Program-made: the position numbers and the translations under genes
Shown here: positions 23,074 to 32,006 of the stretch, one piece after another
Layout of the letters: the number at the start of each line of letters is the position of its first letter
Numbering within the stretch: the stretch's first letter is position 1
Origin: a virus
Taxonomy: Duplodnaviria; Caudoviricetes
Reading direction: 5' to 3' (one strand)
IMG/VR virus record: IMGVR_UViG_3300046170_000288
Span: 1-58,581 of that record
DNA length: 58,581 nucleotides
Notes under the pieces: model-generated
What the model was told of the DNA's origin: nothing
What the model saw: only the letters and a program-made list of their open reading frames with translations
Databases searched by the model: none

Positions 23074-23121
23074 GAAATCCTACAGTGCGGAGTGGAATTT
23101 TTCCAACGATGTAGCTTTTGA

Positions 23122-23331
23122 TTAAGTAGCTACTGAAACTTCAGGAGCAGAACCTTCAATACTGTTCTTTAAGTGAGCAATTCTAGCTTCTTCAAGCTTG
23201 ATGTCTGTGATGATCTGTTTGACTTTGTCGTCAATTCTAACCATCTCAAGAGTGTATCTATCGTTAGACAGATGCTCCTGTTCCCACTTCAACTCCAAGG
23301 ACCTTTTTTGTTTGTATAGGTCTTGTATCAT
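23122..23331 (-). CDS. Hypothetical protein
   Basis: 69-aa helical ORF preceded by GAGG. Confidence 0.55.
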   Translation of the reverse strand: MIQDLYKQKRSLELKWEQEHLSNDRYTLEMVRIDDKVKQIITDIKLEEARIAHLKNSIEGSAPEVSVAT

Positions 23332-23524
23332 CTATAACCTCCTCATAGGTTATTCTGTATTTATCGGAAGCAAATACTTTAGCTCCGATATGTTCCCATT
23401 TTATAACATTTTCTCCTAGTTTGTCAACTATGGCTTGTTCAAGGGAAATAGCATTATCTTCTGATAACACTTCAAATTTTGCATAATGATCGTAGGCATT
23501 TATTGTAACTGTAAATTTTTTCAT
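23264..23524 (-). CDS. Hypothetical protein
   Basis: Likely start MKKFTVT at 23524 after an AAAGGA Shine-Dalgarno. Confidence 0.5.
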   Translation of the reverse strand: MKKFTVTINAYDHYAKFEVLSEDNAISLEQAIVDKLGENVIKWEHIGAKVFASDKYRITYEEVIDDTRPIQTKKVLGVEVGTGASV

Positions 23525-23547
23525 GAAATTCCTTTCTACTTTCATAA

Positions 23548-23571
23548 TGAGGCGGAACTGTGTCCGCCTCA
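23548..23571 (-). terminator. Hairpin after the major capsid gene
   Basis: TGAGGCGGA-N6-TCCGCCTCA perfect 9-bp stem, 13 nt after the stop codon. Confidence 0.6.
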
Positions 23572-23584
23572 AAATTTCTAATTA

Positions 23585-24487
23585 TTATGCACCTGGTGAT
23601 GCAAAAATACCTCTATAGTCAGATACACCAAATGAGTATCTTTCTCTAGCTTTGTATCTTACGTTACCAGTGTCAAAGTCACCTTCCATTGCAGTTTTGA
23701 TAGCTGCTCTGTCAAAGTACTTCATACCGTTAGGCACGTCAGTGATAATGTAGAATGCATCTGGATCAGTTAAGAAATTGTTCACTCTATAACCTTGAGG
23801 AACCATTCCCATAGAAACGATTGCATTGATGTCATTATCAGCAGTACCAACTCTACCTTGAGATTTCATTAATCTCTCAGCAGTGAACTGAAGTTCAGAA
23901 GGGATAATCATTTTAACACCTCTTGCAGCAATTTTTAGACCTCTTTCGTCTGTCATTGCAGCAATGTCAATTAATGATTGCTCTAGTGAAGTTTCGTTCA
24001 AGTCAGAAGCCGTTGCTAATGTGTTTGATACAGTTCCACTTACAGTTGGGTGGTTAGTTGCAAATAATGCAGAACCATCACCTGAAGTGAATGTACCGAA
24101 ACCATTAATTAAAGGGCTTACCGCTTTAACTTGTTTAGTGTTCGCCATAGATCTAGCTAACGCTTTTGTATATCTACTAGCAAGTCTGTCATACAAGTTA
24201 TCCTCAATAGCTTCTTCAGTAATTGCAAAAGCAAGAGCCACAGTTTCATGTGTGTATCTTGCAGTGAAAGTTTCTTGAGCATTGTCAAAAACAACTCCAC
24301 TTCCTTCTGCTTTAGTCTGAGCTTGAGCAAAACCTGATAACATAACTTCTTCTTCAAACGCTCTGTCTGAAGACTCAGTAGTGTATATTTCAGCATGCTG
24401 ATTCTCGTAACGTTTATATTCCAGTCCGAATAGTGCATTCAAACCTGGTTCTAGTTCTTTAACTAGTTGTCCTCTTGATATCGCCAT
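23585..24487 (-). CDS. Major capsid protein (Mu gpT-like, HK97 fold)
   Basis: 300 aa; MAISRGQLVKELEPGLNALFG, AFAITEEAIEDNLY, DFDTGNVRYKARERYSFG; follows scaffold, precedes a terminator. Confidence 0.85.
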   Translation of the reverse strand: MAISRGQLVKELEPGLNALFGLEYKRYENQHAEIYTTESSDRAFEEEVMLSGFAQAQTKAEGSGVVFDNAQETFTARYTHETVALAFAITEEAIEDNLYDRLASRYTKALARSMANTKQVKAVSPLINGFGTFTSGDGSALFATNHPTVSGTVSNTLATASDLNETSLEQSLIDIAAMTDERGLKIAARGVKMIIPSELQFTAERLMKSQGRVGTADNDINAIVSMGMVPQGYRVNNFLTDPDAFYIITDVPNGMKYFDRAAIKTAMEGDFDTGNVRYKARERYSFGVSDYRGIFASPGA

Positions 24488-24499
24488 GTTCTATACTCC

Positions 24500-25066
24500 T
24501 TACGTACCAGTTGTTACTTTAAGTTCATGTTCTGCAATCACAACAACCCAATTAACGTTAGCAGATGCTACCGTATTGTTTGATGGATCTTTAGATGCTC
24601 CCATGATCTTTAATTGTTGAGCAGTAGTGTTTAGAGTAGAATCATCTAGCTCTACACCTGAAATGTAGTCAGGTGAAGATCCTGCTGCGTAAGCAAGGTC
24701 TGCAGTTTTACCTACATCAGTTACTGCTGAAGCACCAGCATTGTTTGATTGAATCTCGAACCTTTCATAAGGGTCGTCAGAAACATAACCAACAATATCT
24801 GTTGCTGTGTTACTAGCTTCCAAGTGGTTAGCCCACGTTGGTTTGCTTGTTGATGCGTCAGTATAAAAAACACCATTTAGTGATCCTCTAAGATTGCCAC
24901 CTGCGCCAGCTACTAATAAGTAACCGCCTGAAGTTTTCACTGGATCCCATTGATAGATCGCAGCTGAACTTGCAGCAATGCTGTATTCAGATAAACCTTG
25001 GTTGTCTCTATTCTGACCAACTTTTCCTATTGCTTTCAAACCGAAAGCGGCGTCTTGATTTGCCAT
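24500..25066 (-). CDS. Putative capsid cement/decoration protein
   Basis: 188 aa MANQDAAFGL..., immediately upstream of the capsid gene. Confidence 0.55.
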   Translation of the reverse strand: MANQDAAFGLKAIGKVGQNRDNQGLSEYSIAASSAAIYQWDPVKTSGGYLLVAGAGGNLRGSLNGVFYTDASTSKPTWANHLEASNTATDIVGYVSDDPYERFEIQSNNAGASAVTDVGKTADLAYAAGSSPDYISGVELDDSTLNTTAQQLKIMGASKDPSNNTVASANVNWVVVIAEHELKVTTGT

Positions 25067-25132
25067 AGTTGTGTCCTCCTATTAGACATTAGTTTAGTTT
25101 ATCCTTGGATAGCTCTAGTAATCGTTAAAAAA

Positions 25133-25597
25133 TTAACTTTTCTTTGAACCACCGAAGGTTACACGAGTCTGTCGATCAATATTGATCGGCATACTTGGAT
25201 GCTGTTCCTTCATAAGATCGTTGTCTACTGCTTCAACGTTGTCCTGACCTTGTTTAACATAATAGTCAGTTCGTTGTTCTGCAATCTCTTCCGGTACCCT
25301 AGCCAGCACTAGGCCTCCTACTCCGATTACCCCTTTGTATTTTCCATCATCCACAATTGGAAATTCAGAATCTGGATATTCATCAGCTCTTACAAGCTCG
25401 TATCCGGATCTAAGTCTTCCTGCAACGTTTTTAGTGTCTTGGAATCCCATAGATTCTACTCTGATCCATCTGTGTTTAAAACCTGTTGGTGCAGGGGGTG
25501 CATCTAAAGATGAAGGTGGAGTCCAAACTTTTTTCTTTTGAGTTTTTTCTCTTGTTTGACTCGCACGGGATGCTCTTTTGTCATTATTATTTTCCAT
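25133..25597 (-). CDS. Conserved head-module protein
   Basis: 154 aa; WTPPSSLDAP..P.GF.HRWIR, GVIGVGGL.LAR. Confidence 0.6.
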   Translation of the reverse strand: MENNNDKRASRASQTREKTQKKKVWTPPSSLDAPPAPTGFKHRWIRVESMGFQDTKNVAGRLRSGYELVRADEYPDSEFPIVDDGKYKGVIGVGGLVLARVPEEIAEQRTDYYVKQGQDNVEAVDNDLMKEQHPSMPINIDRQTRVTFGGSKKS

Positions 25598-25601
25598 ATG
25601 C

Positions 25602-26609
25602 TTATGCCTCCTTCGTGATTTTTAATTGTTTCGCATATTCTTCTAGTGGCACACCTAATTTTTTAGCGATTGCTACCTGTGATGATGTGAGTCTCACAGT
25701 CTTGCGACCAGTGTTTGTACTTCGCTTCGCACTAGCTACTGTTTGTACGGGTTTGGTCGTTTCCCCTTTATCTGATGTATTTGTATCAAATTTGTGGGGG
25801 AATTCAAGTCTTATTCTTTTATCTATTTCAGAATAGTACTCATCAGACTGAGGATCATAACCTTCTTCCTCTGTAAGCTTCTTATGTAGATCAAAAGCGG
25901 TATAAGTCATAGCATTATCTTGACCAAACCAAGCATTTCTAGATGCCCATGTTTCAGCCTTAGGATCTGGTGTTCCCTGTGCCGCTTGCTGTCTATTTAA
26001 GTTTATATTAGAACTTTTAACTTCTTTAGCTCTATTAGCTTTATACTGTTCTTGAGCAACTATAGTTTCTTTAAGTTTAGCATTTTTATAACTTAACTCA
26101 GAGATTGCAGTTTGAGCTTCAACTTCAGCATTTATATCTCCAGCTTCTCTTGCTGCTGCAAGTTTTGCTTTTGCTGCTTGAAGACCATTAACAACACTTT
26201 CTTCAGCGTTTTTAAAAAACTCTGGTTCAAACTTTGATATTTTTGCTTCAGCTGCTTCTTTTGCTTTTATTTGAGATTGAGCATAACTTAAAGCTTCATC
26301 TTTTTGTCTCTCAGCTTCTCTCCATTTGTGAGTAAGTTTAGCTATTCTTCTTTGTACTCCATCAGAATACTTTTCTAATTCTTGTTCTTTATCATCTTTT
26401 TCAGAATCTTCTTTCTTATCTTCTAATTTAATTTCTCTTTCATTTTCAAAAGTTTTATCTTCACCTTCTTTTTCTTCTACAACAGGTCTTACTGTTGGTT
26501 CTTCTTTTACTTCTGGTTGTTCAATTTCTGTTGAATTATTTTCTTCAGGAATATCAACATCCATTTCTGGACCAGATGTATCTATATCTACTTTATTATC
26601 TATTGGCAT
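25602..26609 (-). CDS. Putative scaffolding protein
   Basis: 335 aa acidic coiled coil with basic C-terminal LT.SQVAIAKKLGVPLEEYAK helix. Confidence 0.7.
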   Translation of the reverse strand: MPIDNKVDIDTSGPEMDVDIPEENNSTEIEQPEVKEEPTVRPVVEEKEGEDKTFENEREIKLEDKKEDSEKDDKEQELEKYSDGVQRRIAKLTHKWREAERQKDEALSYAQSQIKAKEAAEAKISKFEPEFFKNAEESVVNGLQAAKAKLAAAREAGDINAEVEAQTAISELSYKNAKLKETIVAQEQYKANRAKEVKSSNINLNRQQAAQGTPDPKAETWASRNAWFGQDNAMTYTAFDLHKKLTEEEGYDPQSDEYYSEIDKRIRLEFPHKFDTNTSDKGETTKPVQTVASAKRSTNTGRKTVRLTSSQVAIAKKLGVPLEEYAKQLKITKEA

Positions 26610-26628
26610 AGTTTATCTCCTTCTATGA

Positions 26629-27087
26629 TTAATATTGATGAAGTATATCTTCAGGGTTATCAATGGTTGCTAAAACTTCATCATCATTTAGCATTCTTAT
26701 TTCCCCACCATCTATTTGGATTCTTGATCCTGCATATCTTGCAAAGATAACCCAATCACCTTTTTTACACCAAGGTCCTTCTGGAAATTTTTCTTTATCA
26801 TAACAGTGTGGACCCATTTCAAGAACTAAACCACAAGTAGATCCTACTTGTTGTTTTTCTAAAGTTTCTTGTCCAAGATATAATCCACCTTTAGTTTTCT
26901 CCTTCATTTTAAAAGGAAGAACAACTAATCTCCATCCAGTTGGTCTAGGTAATTTATTTGATTCTTTTGTTTTAAGACGTTCGTAACCGTCTATTTCTTT
27001 TTGATTGTCTTCTTCGTATTTATTTAATAGTGCCGATTTAACTTTCGGTTCTTCCGAAGTCGATGACGTTTTCTCTTTCAGTATCAT
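26629..27087 (-). CDS. groES: Co-chaperonin GroES (Cpn10) homolog
   Basis: PTGWRLVV...TKGGLYL mobile loop, G.V..MG, GDWVIFARYAG, LNDDEVLA. Confidence 0.85.
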   Translation of the reverse strand: MILKEKTSSTSEEPKVKSALLNKYEEDNQKEIDGYERLKTKESNKLPRPTGWRLVVLPFKMKEKTKGGLYLGQETLEKQQVGSTCGLVLEMGPHCYDKEKFPEGPWCKKGDWVIFARYAGSRIQIDGGEIRMLNDDEVLATIDNPEDILHQY

Positions 27088-27283
27088 TTTTTTGCTCCTT
27101 TGGTTCTAGCAGGTTAGAGATTTCCTGAGATATTTTTAAATAGGCATGTGCCTGTCCCATCATATACTTGTATTTTTCCATATTGTCAATAGCACCACCT
27201 ATCATGGCATCTGCTATATCTTGATAAGACTCTTTAAGATGTTTTTGTACTTTATGAATTACTACTGTTTCTTCGTTTAACAT
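27038..27283 (-). CDS. Hypothetical protein
   Basis: 81-aa helical ORF with AGGAG Shine-Dalgarno, upstream of groES. Confidence 0.6.
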   Translation of the reverse strand: MLNEETVVIHKVQKHLKESYQDIADAMIGGAIDNMEKYKYMMGQAHAYLKISQEISNLLEPKEQKNDTERENVIDFGRTES

Positions 27284-27419
27284 TTTTCTTTCTCCTTTTG
27301 TTTAGTAAATTTACTCTTGAATGCCAACACCATTCGGTCATTCTTATAGCACCTGTTTCAACAAATGCAACGGCATCATCTAAAAAACCAAAAAATCTAT
27401 ATACAAATCTATCTAGCAT
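27252..27419 (-). CDS. Small hypothetical protein; not in ORF track
   Basis: Manual translation, 55 aa, MLDRFVYRFFGFLDD... with a basic tail. Confidence 0.45.
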   Translation of the reverse strand: MLDRFVYRFFGFLDDAVAFVETGAIRMTEWCWHSRVNLLNKRRKKNVKRRNSSNS

Positions 27420-27712
27420 TTCCAACGTCTTCTAGCTTGTCTAATTCTAGAATTAGGATCGTTTCTAGTTTTAGCAGAAGATCGTTTAAGTTGTCCAAGT
27501 GATCTCGCACAATATGACTTTCTTCGTTTTGCAGCTGCTGAACCTTTCTTGACTTTACCGGTTCACGGCTGTTTTTAATTTTGATCCAGGATTCGCTGCT
27601 CTATAAGCAGCTACCCCTTTAGCAGTCATTCCAGGCACCTGATTTAGTTTGTCTATAATTTGCTCCCTGGTCCTGTAGTAGTTTTTCTAATAGGGTTTTC
27701 TTTTTTTCTCAT
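27413..27712 (-). CDS. Small basic protein; frameshifted
   Basis: Reconstructed ...GMTAKGVAAYRAANPGSKLKTAV...RRKSYCARS...ARRRWKC. Confidence 0.6.
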
Positions 27713-27867
27713 TAGATTTTTTGCATCTCTGGGTTTTTTGATAACATATTAGTTTCTGCTCTAGGTCTAGCATTAGAGTCTTTACTTCTTTTTCTAAGTT
27801 GAGCAATAGCAGATTCTTTTAATTGCTTTTGTCTTCTTAATTCTTTTAAATCTTTTTCTAAATTCAT
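27712..27867 (-). CDS. Small basic protein; not in ORF track
   Basis: 51 aa MNLEKDLKELRRQKQLKE..., TAATG-coupled on both sides. Confidence 0.55.
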   Translation of the reverse strand: MNLEKDLKELRRQKQLKESAIAQLRKRSKDSNARPRAETNMLSKNPEMQKI

Positions 27868-28121
27868 TATACAAATGTTTTTACGTTTTTTGGTTTGCCA
27901 CCAGGATTACCTGCAGCTCGTTTTCGTTTGACAGCACTCGCCTTTTGCGACTTTGTCATTCGTGTGGCTTTTGCAAGTGGGACGCATTTTGGATATTTCC
28001 TTTTGCTCCCTTTCTTCCTTCCACATGGTTGATACTTCCCGTCCTTCTTCGGTGCTCCAATGTCTACCCATTTTTCTGATACCCATTTTCTTAATCCACC
28101 TTCCGAATAATAAGAACGCAT
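27867..28121 (-). CDS. Small basic Cys-containing protein
   Basis: 84 aa; GLRKW..EKWVDI, CGR, YPKCVP. Confidence 0.6.
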   Translation of the reverse strand: MRSYYSEGGLRKWVSEKWVDIGAPKKDGKYQPCGRKKGSKRKYPKCVPLAKATRMTKSQKASAVKRKRAAGNPGGKPKNVKTFV

Positions 28122-28270
28122 TATTTTCTTTTTTTAGTTTTTTTCTTTTTACCACCTGGTTTTATTTTACCAGAACATACAGCTGAACCGTACATATTTG
28201 CGTACGCCGAAGGGTATACTTTGAATTTTCTCTTGGCAGCTGCTTTGCCTTTTGCACAAAGCTTTGCCAT
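28121..28270 (-). CDS. Small basic protein; not in ORF track
   Basis: 49 aa MAKLCAKGKAAAKRKFKVYPSAYANMY..., TAATG-coupled. Confidence 0.6.
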   Translation of the reverse strand: MAKLCAKGKAAAKRKFKVYPSAYANMYGSAVCSGKIKPGGKKKKTKKRK

Positions 28271-28422
28271 TATGCTTTCCTTACTAGTTTAGCCATAGGT
28301 GATTTTTCACCTGGCTTCTTTTTCTTTTTACCTTTAGCCATTAAAATTTTTTTCTTTAATGCTTCTGGTAAAGTTTTTTGTGCTTTAGTTAAAGTTGTTC
28401 CTTTGTTAAATTTTTTTCTCAT
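28270..28422 (-). CDS. Small basic protein; not in ORF track
   Basis: 50 aa MRKKFNKGTTLTKAQKTLPEALKKKI..., GAGG upstream. Confidence 0.55.
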   Translation of the reverse strand: MRKKFNKGTTLTKAQKTLPEALKKKILMAKGKKKKKPGEKSPMAKLVRKA

Positions 28423-28424
28423 AA

Positions 28425-28754
28425 TTAATCCTCTAGTTTTCTTGCTGGTTTTACTTCTGGTTTAAATTTAAAAACTGGTTTTTCAAATTTTCTCAAATTC
28501 TTTTTTTTATACAATTGAGATCTATCTGTATTTTCCATTCTTTTAGAAGAAAATTCTTTTTCTTCTTTTTTAAGATCTTTCTTCGTACCCATCATTGTAG
28601 GTGTTTTAGGATTTGGATTTCTAGAATCTTTATCTTTTTTATTTTTAATTACTTTTTTAGCAATGTTTGCAGCTGCACCACCTGGTGTAAGATTAGTTAC
28701 ACCTTTGATTATTGTTTCTAAATAACTTGTTCCATTATTATAAAATCTTCTCAT
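28425..28754 (-). CDS. Basic hypothetical protein
   Basis: 109-aa Lys-rich ORF. Confidence 0.5.
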   Translation of the reverse strand: MRRFYNNGTSYLETIIKGVTNLTPGGAAANIAKKVIKNKKDKDSRNPNPKTPTMMGTKKDLKKEEKEFSSKRMENTDRSQLYKKKNLRKFEKPVFKFKPEVKPARKLED

Positions 28755-29140
28755 TATTTTTTTCCTCCGTTTCTAAAAATTTGTGTACCCTTTATACCAT
28801 ATATCGACGCCACGACAAGGATCCAAAGATTTGTGAACCATGACGGGAGCTGCGAGAACATGTCAAAGAACAATTTTACTTTGTCCATCGCTGTTGGATC
28901 ATCTGATATGACCGCCCAAGCGAGCACCAACACGGGCAAACTGAGAATTATGAGAACCGCCTCGTCTTTCCAGTCCGATTGTCTAGCCTCAAGTAGTTTT
29001 CCTTGATAAGCTTCTTGACCTTCAGCCATTTTTGTAGCGTGCATGAGTTGAGCTTCACTCATTGCCATTTTAGTCTTTTGTTTATTAGCGTAAATCTTAC
29101 TTCCAGCAGATACGGCTAATTTAATTGCCGATAACCACAT
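28754..29140 (-). CDS. Putative holin-like membrane protein
   Basis: 128 aa; SDWKDE motif followed by two hydrophobic segments. Confidence 0.55.
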   Translation of the reverse strand: MWLSAIKLAVSAGSKIYANKQKTKMAMSEAQLMHATKMAEGQEAYQGKLLEARQSDWKDEAVLIILSLPVLVLAWAVISDDPTAMDKVKLFFDMFSQLPSWFTNLWILVVASIYGIKGTQIFRNGGKK

Positions 29141-29141
29141 G

Positions 29142-29336
29142 TTAGATCCACTTTGCTTTTCTAGACTTCTCTTTTAACATTCTTTTAGTTCCTCTTACTT
29201 CAACTTCTTCACCTGTAGCGATATAGTTGAAAGAACCATCAGCTGTTGTCTTTGATCTTGGGTCAATTTCTAGATTCATCTTGTCTTCAGATGGAATATC
29301 TACAATTTTACCGCAAATGTCATTGTATTTTTTCAT
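29142..29336 (-). CDS. Hypothetical protein
   Basis: 64-aa ORF with AGGAG Shine-Dalgarno. Confidence 0.55.
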   Translation of the reverse strand: MKKYNDICGKIVDIPSEDKMNLEIDPRSKTTADGSFNYIATGEEVEVRGTKRMLKEKSRKAKWI

Positions 29337-29383
29337 ATTGTCTCCTTATTTAAATATTTTAACTTGTTTTTTTGTTTTTGTCA

Positions 29384-31888
29384 CTAACCTTTACGCATAA
29401 TTGCAACGTTTGGCATCATTGAATCAGAATTAGGTAGTGTTTTTCCTAAAATTGTCTTTTCAATTGATGTATCAGCTCTTAATTTTGCTAATTCTTCGTT
29501 TTGTTGAAGCTTTTCAGTTTGATTAACTTGATTCATCATTGTTTTCATCTTATCAAGGTCCATTCTCTCGTTAGCTTCCTTCTCTTTTCTAGCATTTTCT
29601 TGTGCTCTAAGGTCTAATTCTCTTGCTCTTAGTTTTGCAATAGGGTCATTGTCAAATTGTGAAGTAATTTTTTGTTCTTCCTTCATAAATTCTTCCATCA
29701 TGTCTGCAACTAGTTGAGCTTTTCTTGCTTCAATCTTTTGTGTTTCCTGCATAACCTGCATTTGTATTTGTTGAGCCATAGCTGGGTTCTGTTGAGCCTG
29801 CATTTGCATCTGTTGTAGCTGTTGCATCTCATCTCTGAACTCTAATTCAACTTGTTCTTGCGCCATTAGACTAATATGTTCAAAAATATTTTTCTCTAAA
29901 CTTGCCATTACCATTGGATTGTTTCTGGCCATGTTAGTTGCCATAAAATTTAAGTGTGCAGTGATGTGTGATCTATGATCTTGACCAGGGAAAGCTTGAA
30001 ACTGTGCTCCACCTAATGCATCAATGTGTTCTAATGCAGGATCTTTAGGCATAGGTTGCATTGGTTTATTTAATACTTGATCAATATCTTTTACACCTAA
30101 TGCTTCATACATATTTCTATATGCATTATATAAATTGTGCATTTGTGGATTTGATTGTGCCAGTTGGAGTTCCGTCTGCGCGAGGGAAATACGCTGTGTT
30201 TGAGAAAAAATATTGGGGTCAGCAACTGGCAATATATCTACCCTATCATCAAAGTCTTGTTGTTTAATCATTCTTTGACCCCCAACTACATCATACGGAT
30301 ATTCTTGAGGTAGATATAACTTGAATACTCTAGCCATAATTCTAAATTCATTTTTTAAAGCTGAGTAAATTCTTTTGTGAATCGCAGACATTGTTCTACT
30401 TCCTCTTTCAAGTAGAGCAACTGTTGTTCCAACCGCGGCTTGTTGATTGCCATCACCAACTTGTAGATCTGCAATTGATGCAAATCTTTGACCAGCGTTT
30501 ACTACAACACCCATCAAACTTAATAAAGTCTGTGATGGTTCTTTAAATGGTAACATCATAAACGAATCTCTTAAATTTCCACCAGGTGCATCTACATCTC
30601 TAAACTCACCAGGTTGAATTGATTGTGCATCATCTCTAATTCTAATACCACGTTGCTTGAATCCAGCAGGTAGGTTAGATAAAGTTCCTGCATCTAATAG
30701 TTGTCTAAGTGCACTTGTTGCAGTACGAGATAATCCACCAATCATATGAATTAAACCAAAACCATAAAAACCTAGTCCTGGTAAAAATTTAAAATGTACA
30801 AAGTATTGTATTTTAGATTTTTTAGGATCACCTACTTCATAGTTTCTTTTAATAGATAGAATCTCACGTGATCCTTCTTCTAAAGTTACAATGTAAGGTA
30901 TTTTAATTCCTGAGGGCTCACCAGTCTCTGGATCAGAATCTTCAAAACCATCTAGGTCTAAATCCACATGACATTCTAATAATGTATAAACATCTTCTTC
31001 TTTTGATTTAGTTGTACCTTCCAACTCTCTTTCTTTTTTCTCAACATCAGATTCACCTGCAGTTGGTTTTCCTAAATCAACGTCTCTGTAAAAACCAGCG
31101 ACTTGTTGTTTTCTTAAATCATTTTCTGAAACTTTTATTCGATGAATAATTGCTTCCGCATCATCTAATGAGGTAGCTGTGTACGGAACAATTAAATCAT
31201 CTGCTGGAACAAACTTTGATACTGCTCTTTGTTCCATGTCATCATAGTAAACTTTTTTAAAAGCAGAACCTGCAAGAGGAAGATTAAATAACATTTGATC
31301 AAACTCGGGTTCATACTCTTTCATTTTTTCCATGATTTCATAATTCATAAAATCTTTAACACGTTGTGCTTGTTGTGTTTTCTCCGGAGTTGATAAACCC
31401 ATCACTTGAGTTCTAACCGGACCATTTGCAGGTAATAATTCTTTATAAGCTAATGCTTGAAACTGAGTAACAGCTTCTGCTAGTACTGGGTGAGTTGCAC
31501 CTGAAGCTCCTTGAAACGGTTCTGTTCTTTGACTGTATTTAAAACCTAAAAGATCTAAACCTTGGATATAAGCTTTTTCCCATTCTTTTCTTGATGAAGT
31601 ATAATCCATATACTTACCATTTAAATCTGAAGCTAAAGTTGCTAATACATCATCGGGTAAAAATTCTGCAAGGTTTGCGTAATGCTCGTCACCACCTTCA
31701 ATAGATGCTGCGGCCGGATCAAGATCAATATCAACAGACCCATCTTCATTTTCTTGAATGTCAATTGGTCCAGGATCTTGTGCCTGGTCTTCTGCTTGTT
31801 CTACTAATTGTTCTTGAACTTCATCTTCACTAGGAAGTTCGAATTCTTTTCTGACTTCGTTGGGAAGTGCTTTGTCTATATCCGCCAT
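29384..31888 (-). CDS. Portal protein
   Basis: 834 aa; EPF.GAS...HP.LAEA..QFQA, LPLAGSAFKKVYYD, FYGFGLIH, GTT.ALLE; long C-terminal coiled coil as in P22-like portals. Confidence 0.85.
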   Translation of the reverse strand: MADIDKALPNEVRKEFELPSEDEVQEQLVEQAEDQAQDPGPIDIQENEDGSVDIDLDPAAASIEGGDEHYANLAEFLPDDVLATLASDLNGKYMDYTSSRKEWEKAYIQGLDLLGFKYSQRTEPFQGASGATHPVLAEAVTQFQALAYKELLPANGPVRTQVMGLSTPEKTQQAQRVKDFMNYEIMEKMKEYEPEFDQMLFNLPLAGSAFKKVYYDDMEQRAVSKFVPADDLIVPYTATSLDDAEAIIHRIKVSENDLRKQQVAGFYRDVDLGKPTAGESDVEKKERELEGTTKSKEEDVYTLLECHVDLDLDGFEDSDPETGEPSGIKIPYIVTLEEGSREILSIKRNYEVGDPKKSKIQYFVHFKFLPGLGFYGFGLIHMIGGLSRTATSALRQLLDAGTLSNLPAGFKQRGIRIRDDAQSIQPGEFRDVDAPGGNLRDSFMMLPFKEPSQTLLSLMGVVVNAGQRFASIADLQVGDGNQQAAVGTTVALLERGSRTMSAIHKRIYSALKNEFRIMARVFKLYLPQEYPYDVVGGQRMIKQQDFDDRVDILPVADPNIFSQTQRISLAQTELQLAQSNPQMHNLYNAYRNMYEALGVKDIDQVLNKPMQPMPKDPALEHIDALGGAQFQAFPGQDHRSHITAHLNFMATNMARNNPMVMASLEKNIFEHISLMAQEQVELEFRDEMQQLQQMQMQAQQNPAMAQQIQMQVMQETQKIEARKAQLVADMMEEFMKEEQKITSQFDNDPIAKLRARELDLRAQENARKEKEANERMDLDKMKTMMNQVNQTEKLQQNEELAKLRADTSIEKTILGKTLPNSDSMMPNVAIMRKG

Positions 31889-32006
31889 TTATTTTTTCTC
31901 CAGATTGTTTGACTGTTTTAACAGTATTATAGTTAATATTCAAGCCCTGAGGCGTGGGTCCGGCTTCAGGGGGCAATAAGTGTTTCTTTGGGTATTTATT
32001 CGTCAT
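31830..32006 (-). CDS. Small hypothetical protein with PPxxGPxPQG motif; not in ORF track
   Basis: Manual translation, 58 aa, MTNKYPKKHLLPPEAGPTPQGLNINY... Confidence 0.4.
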   Translation of the reverse strand: MTNKYPKKHLLPPEAGPTPQGLNINYNTVKTVKQSGEKINGGYRQSTSQRSQKRIRTS

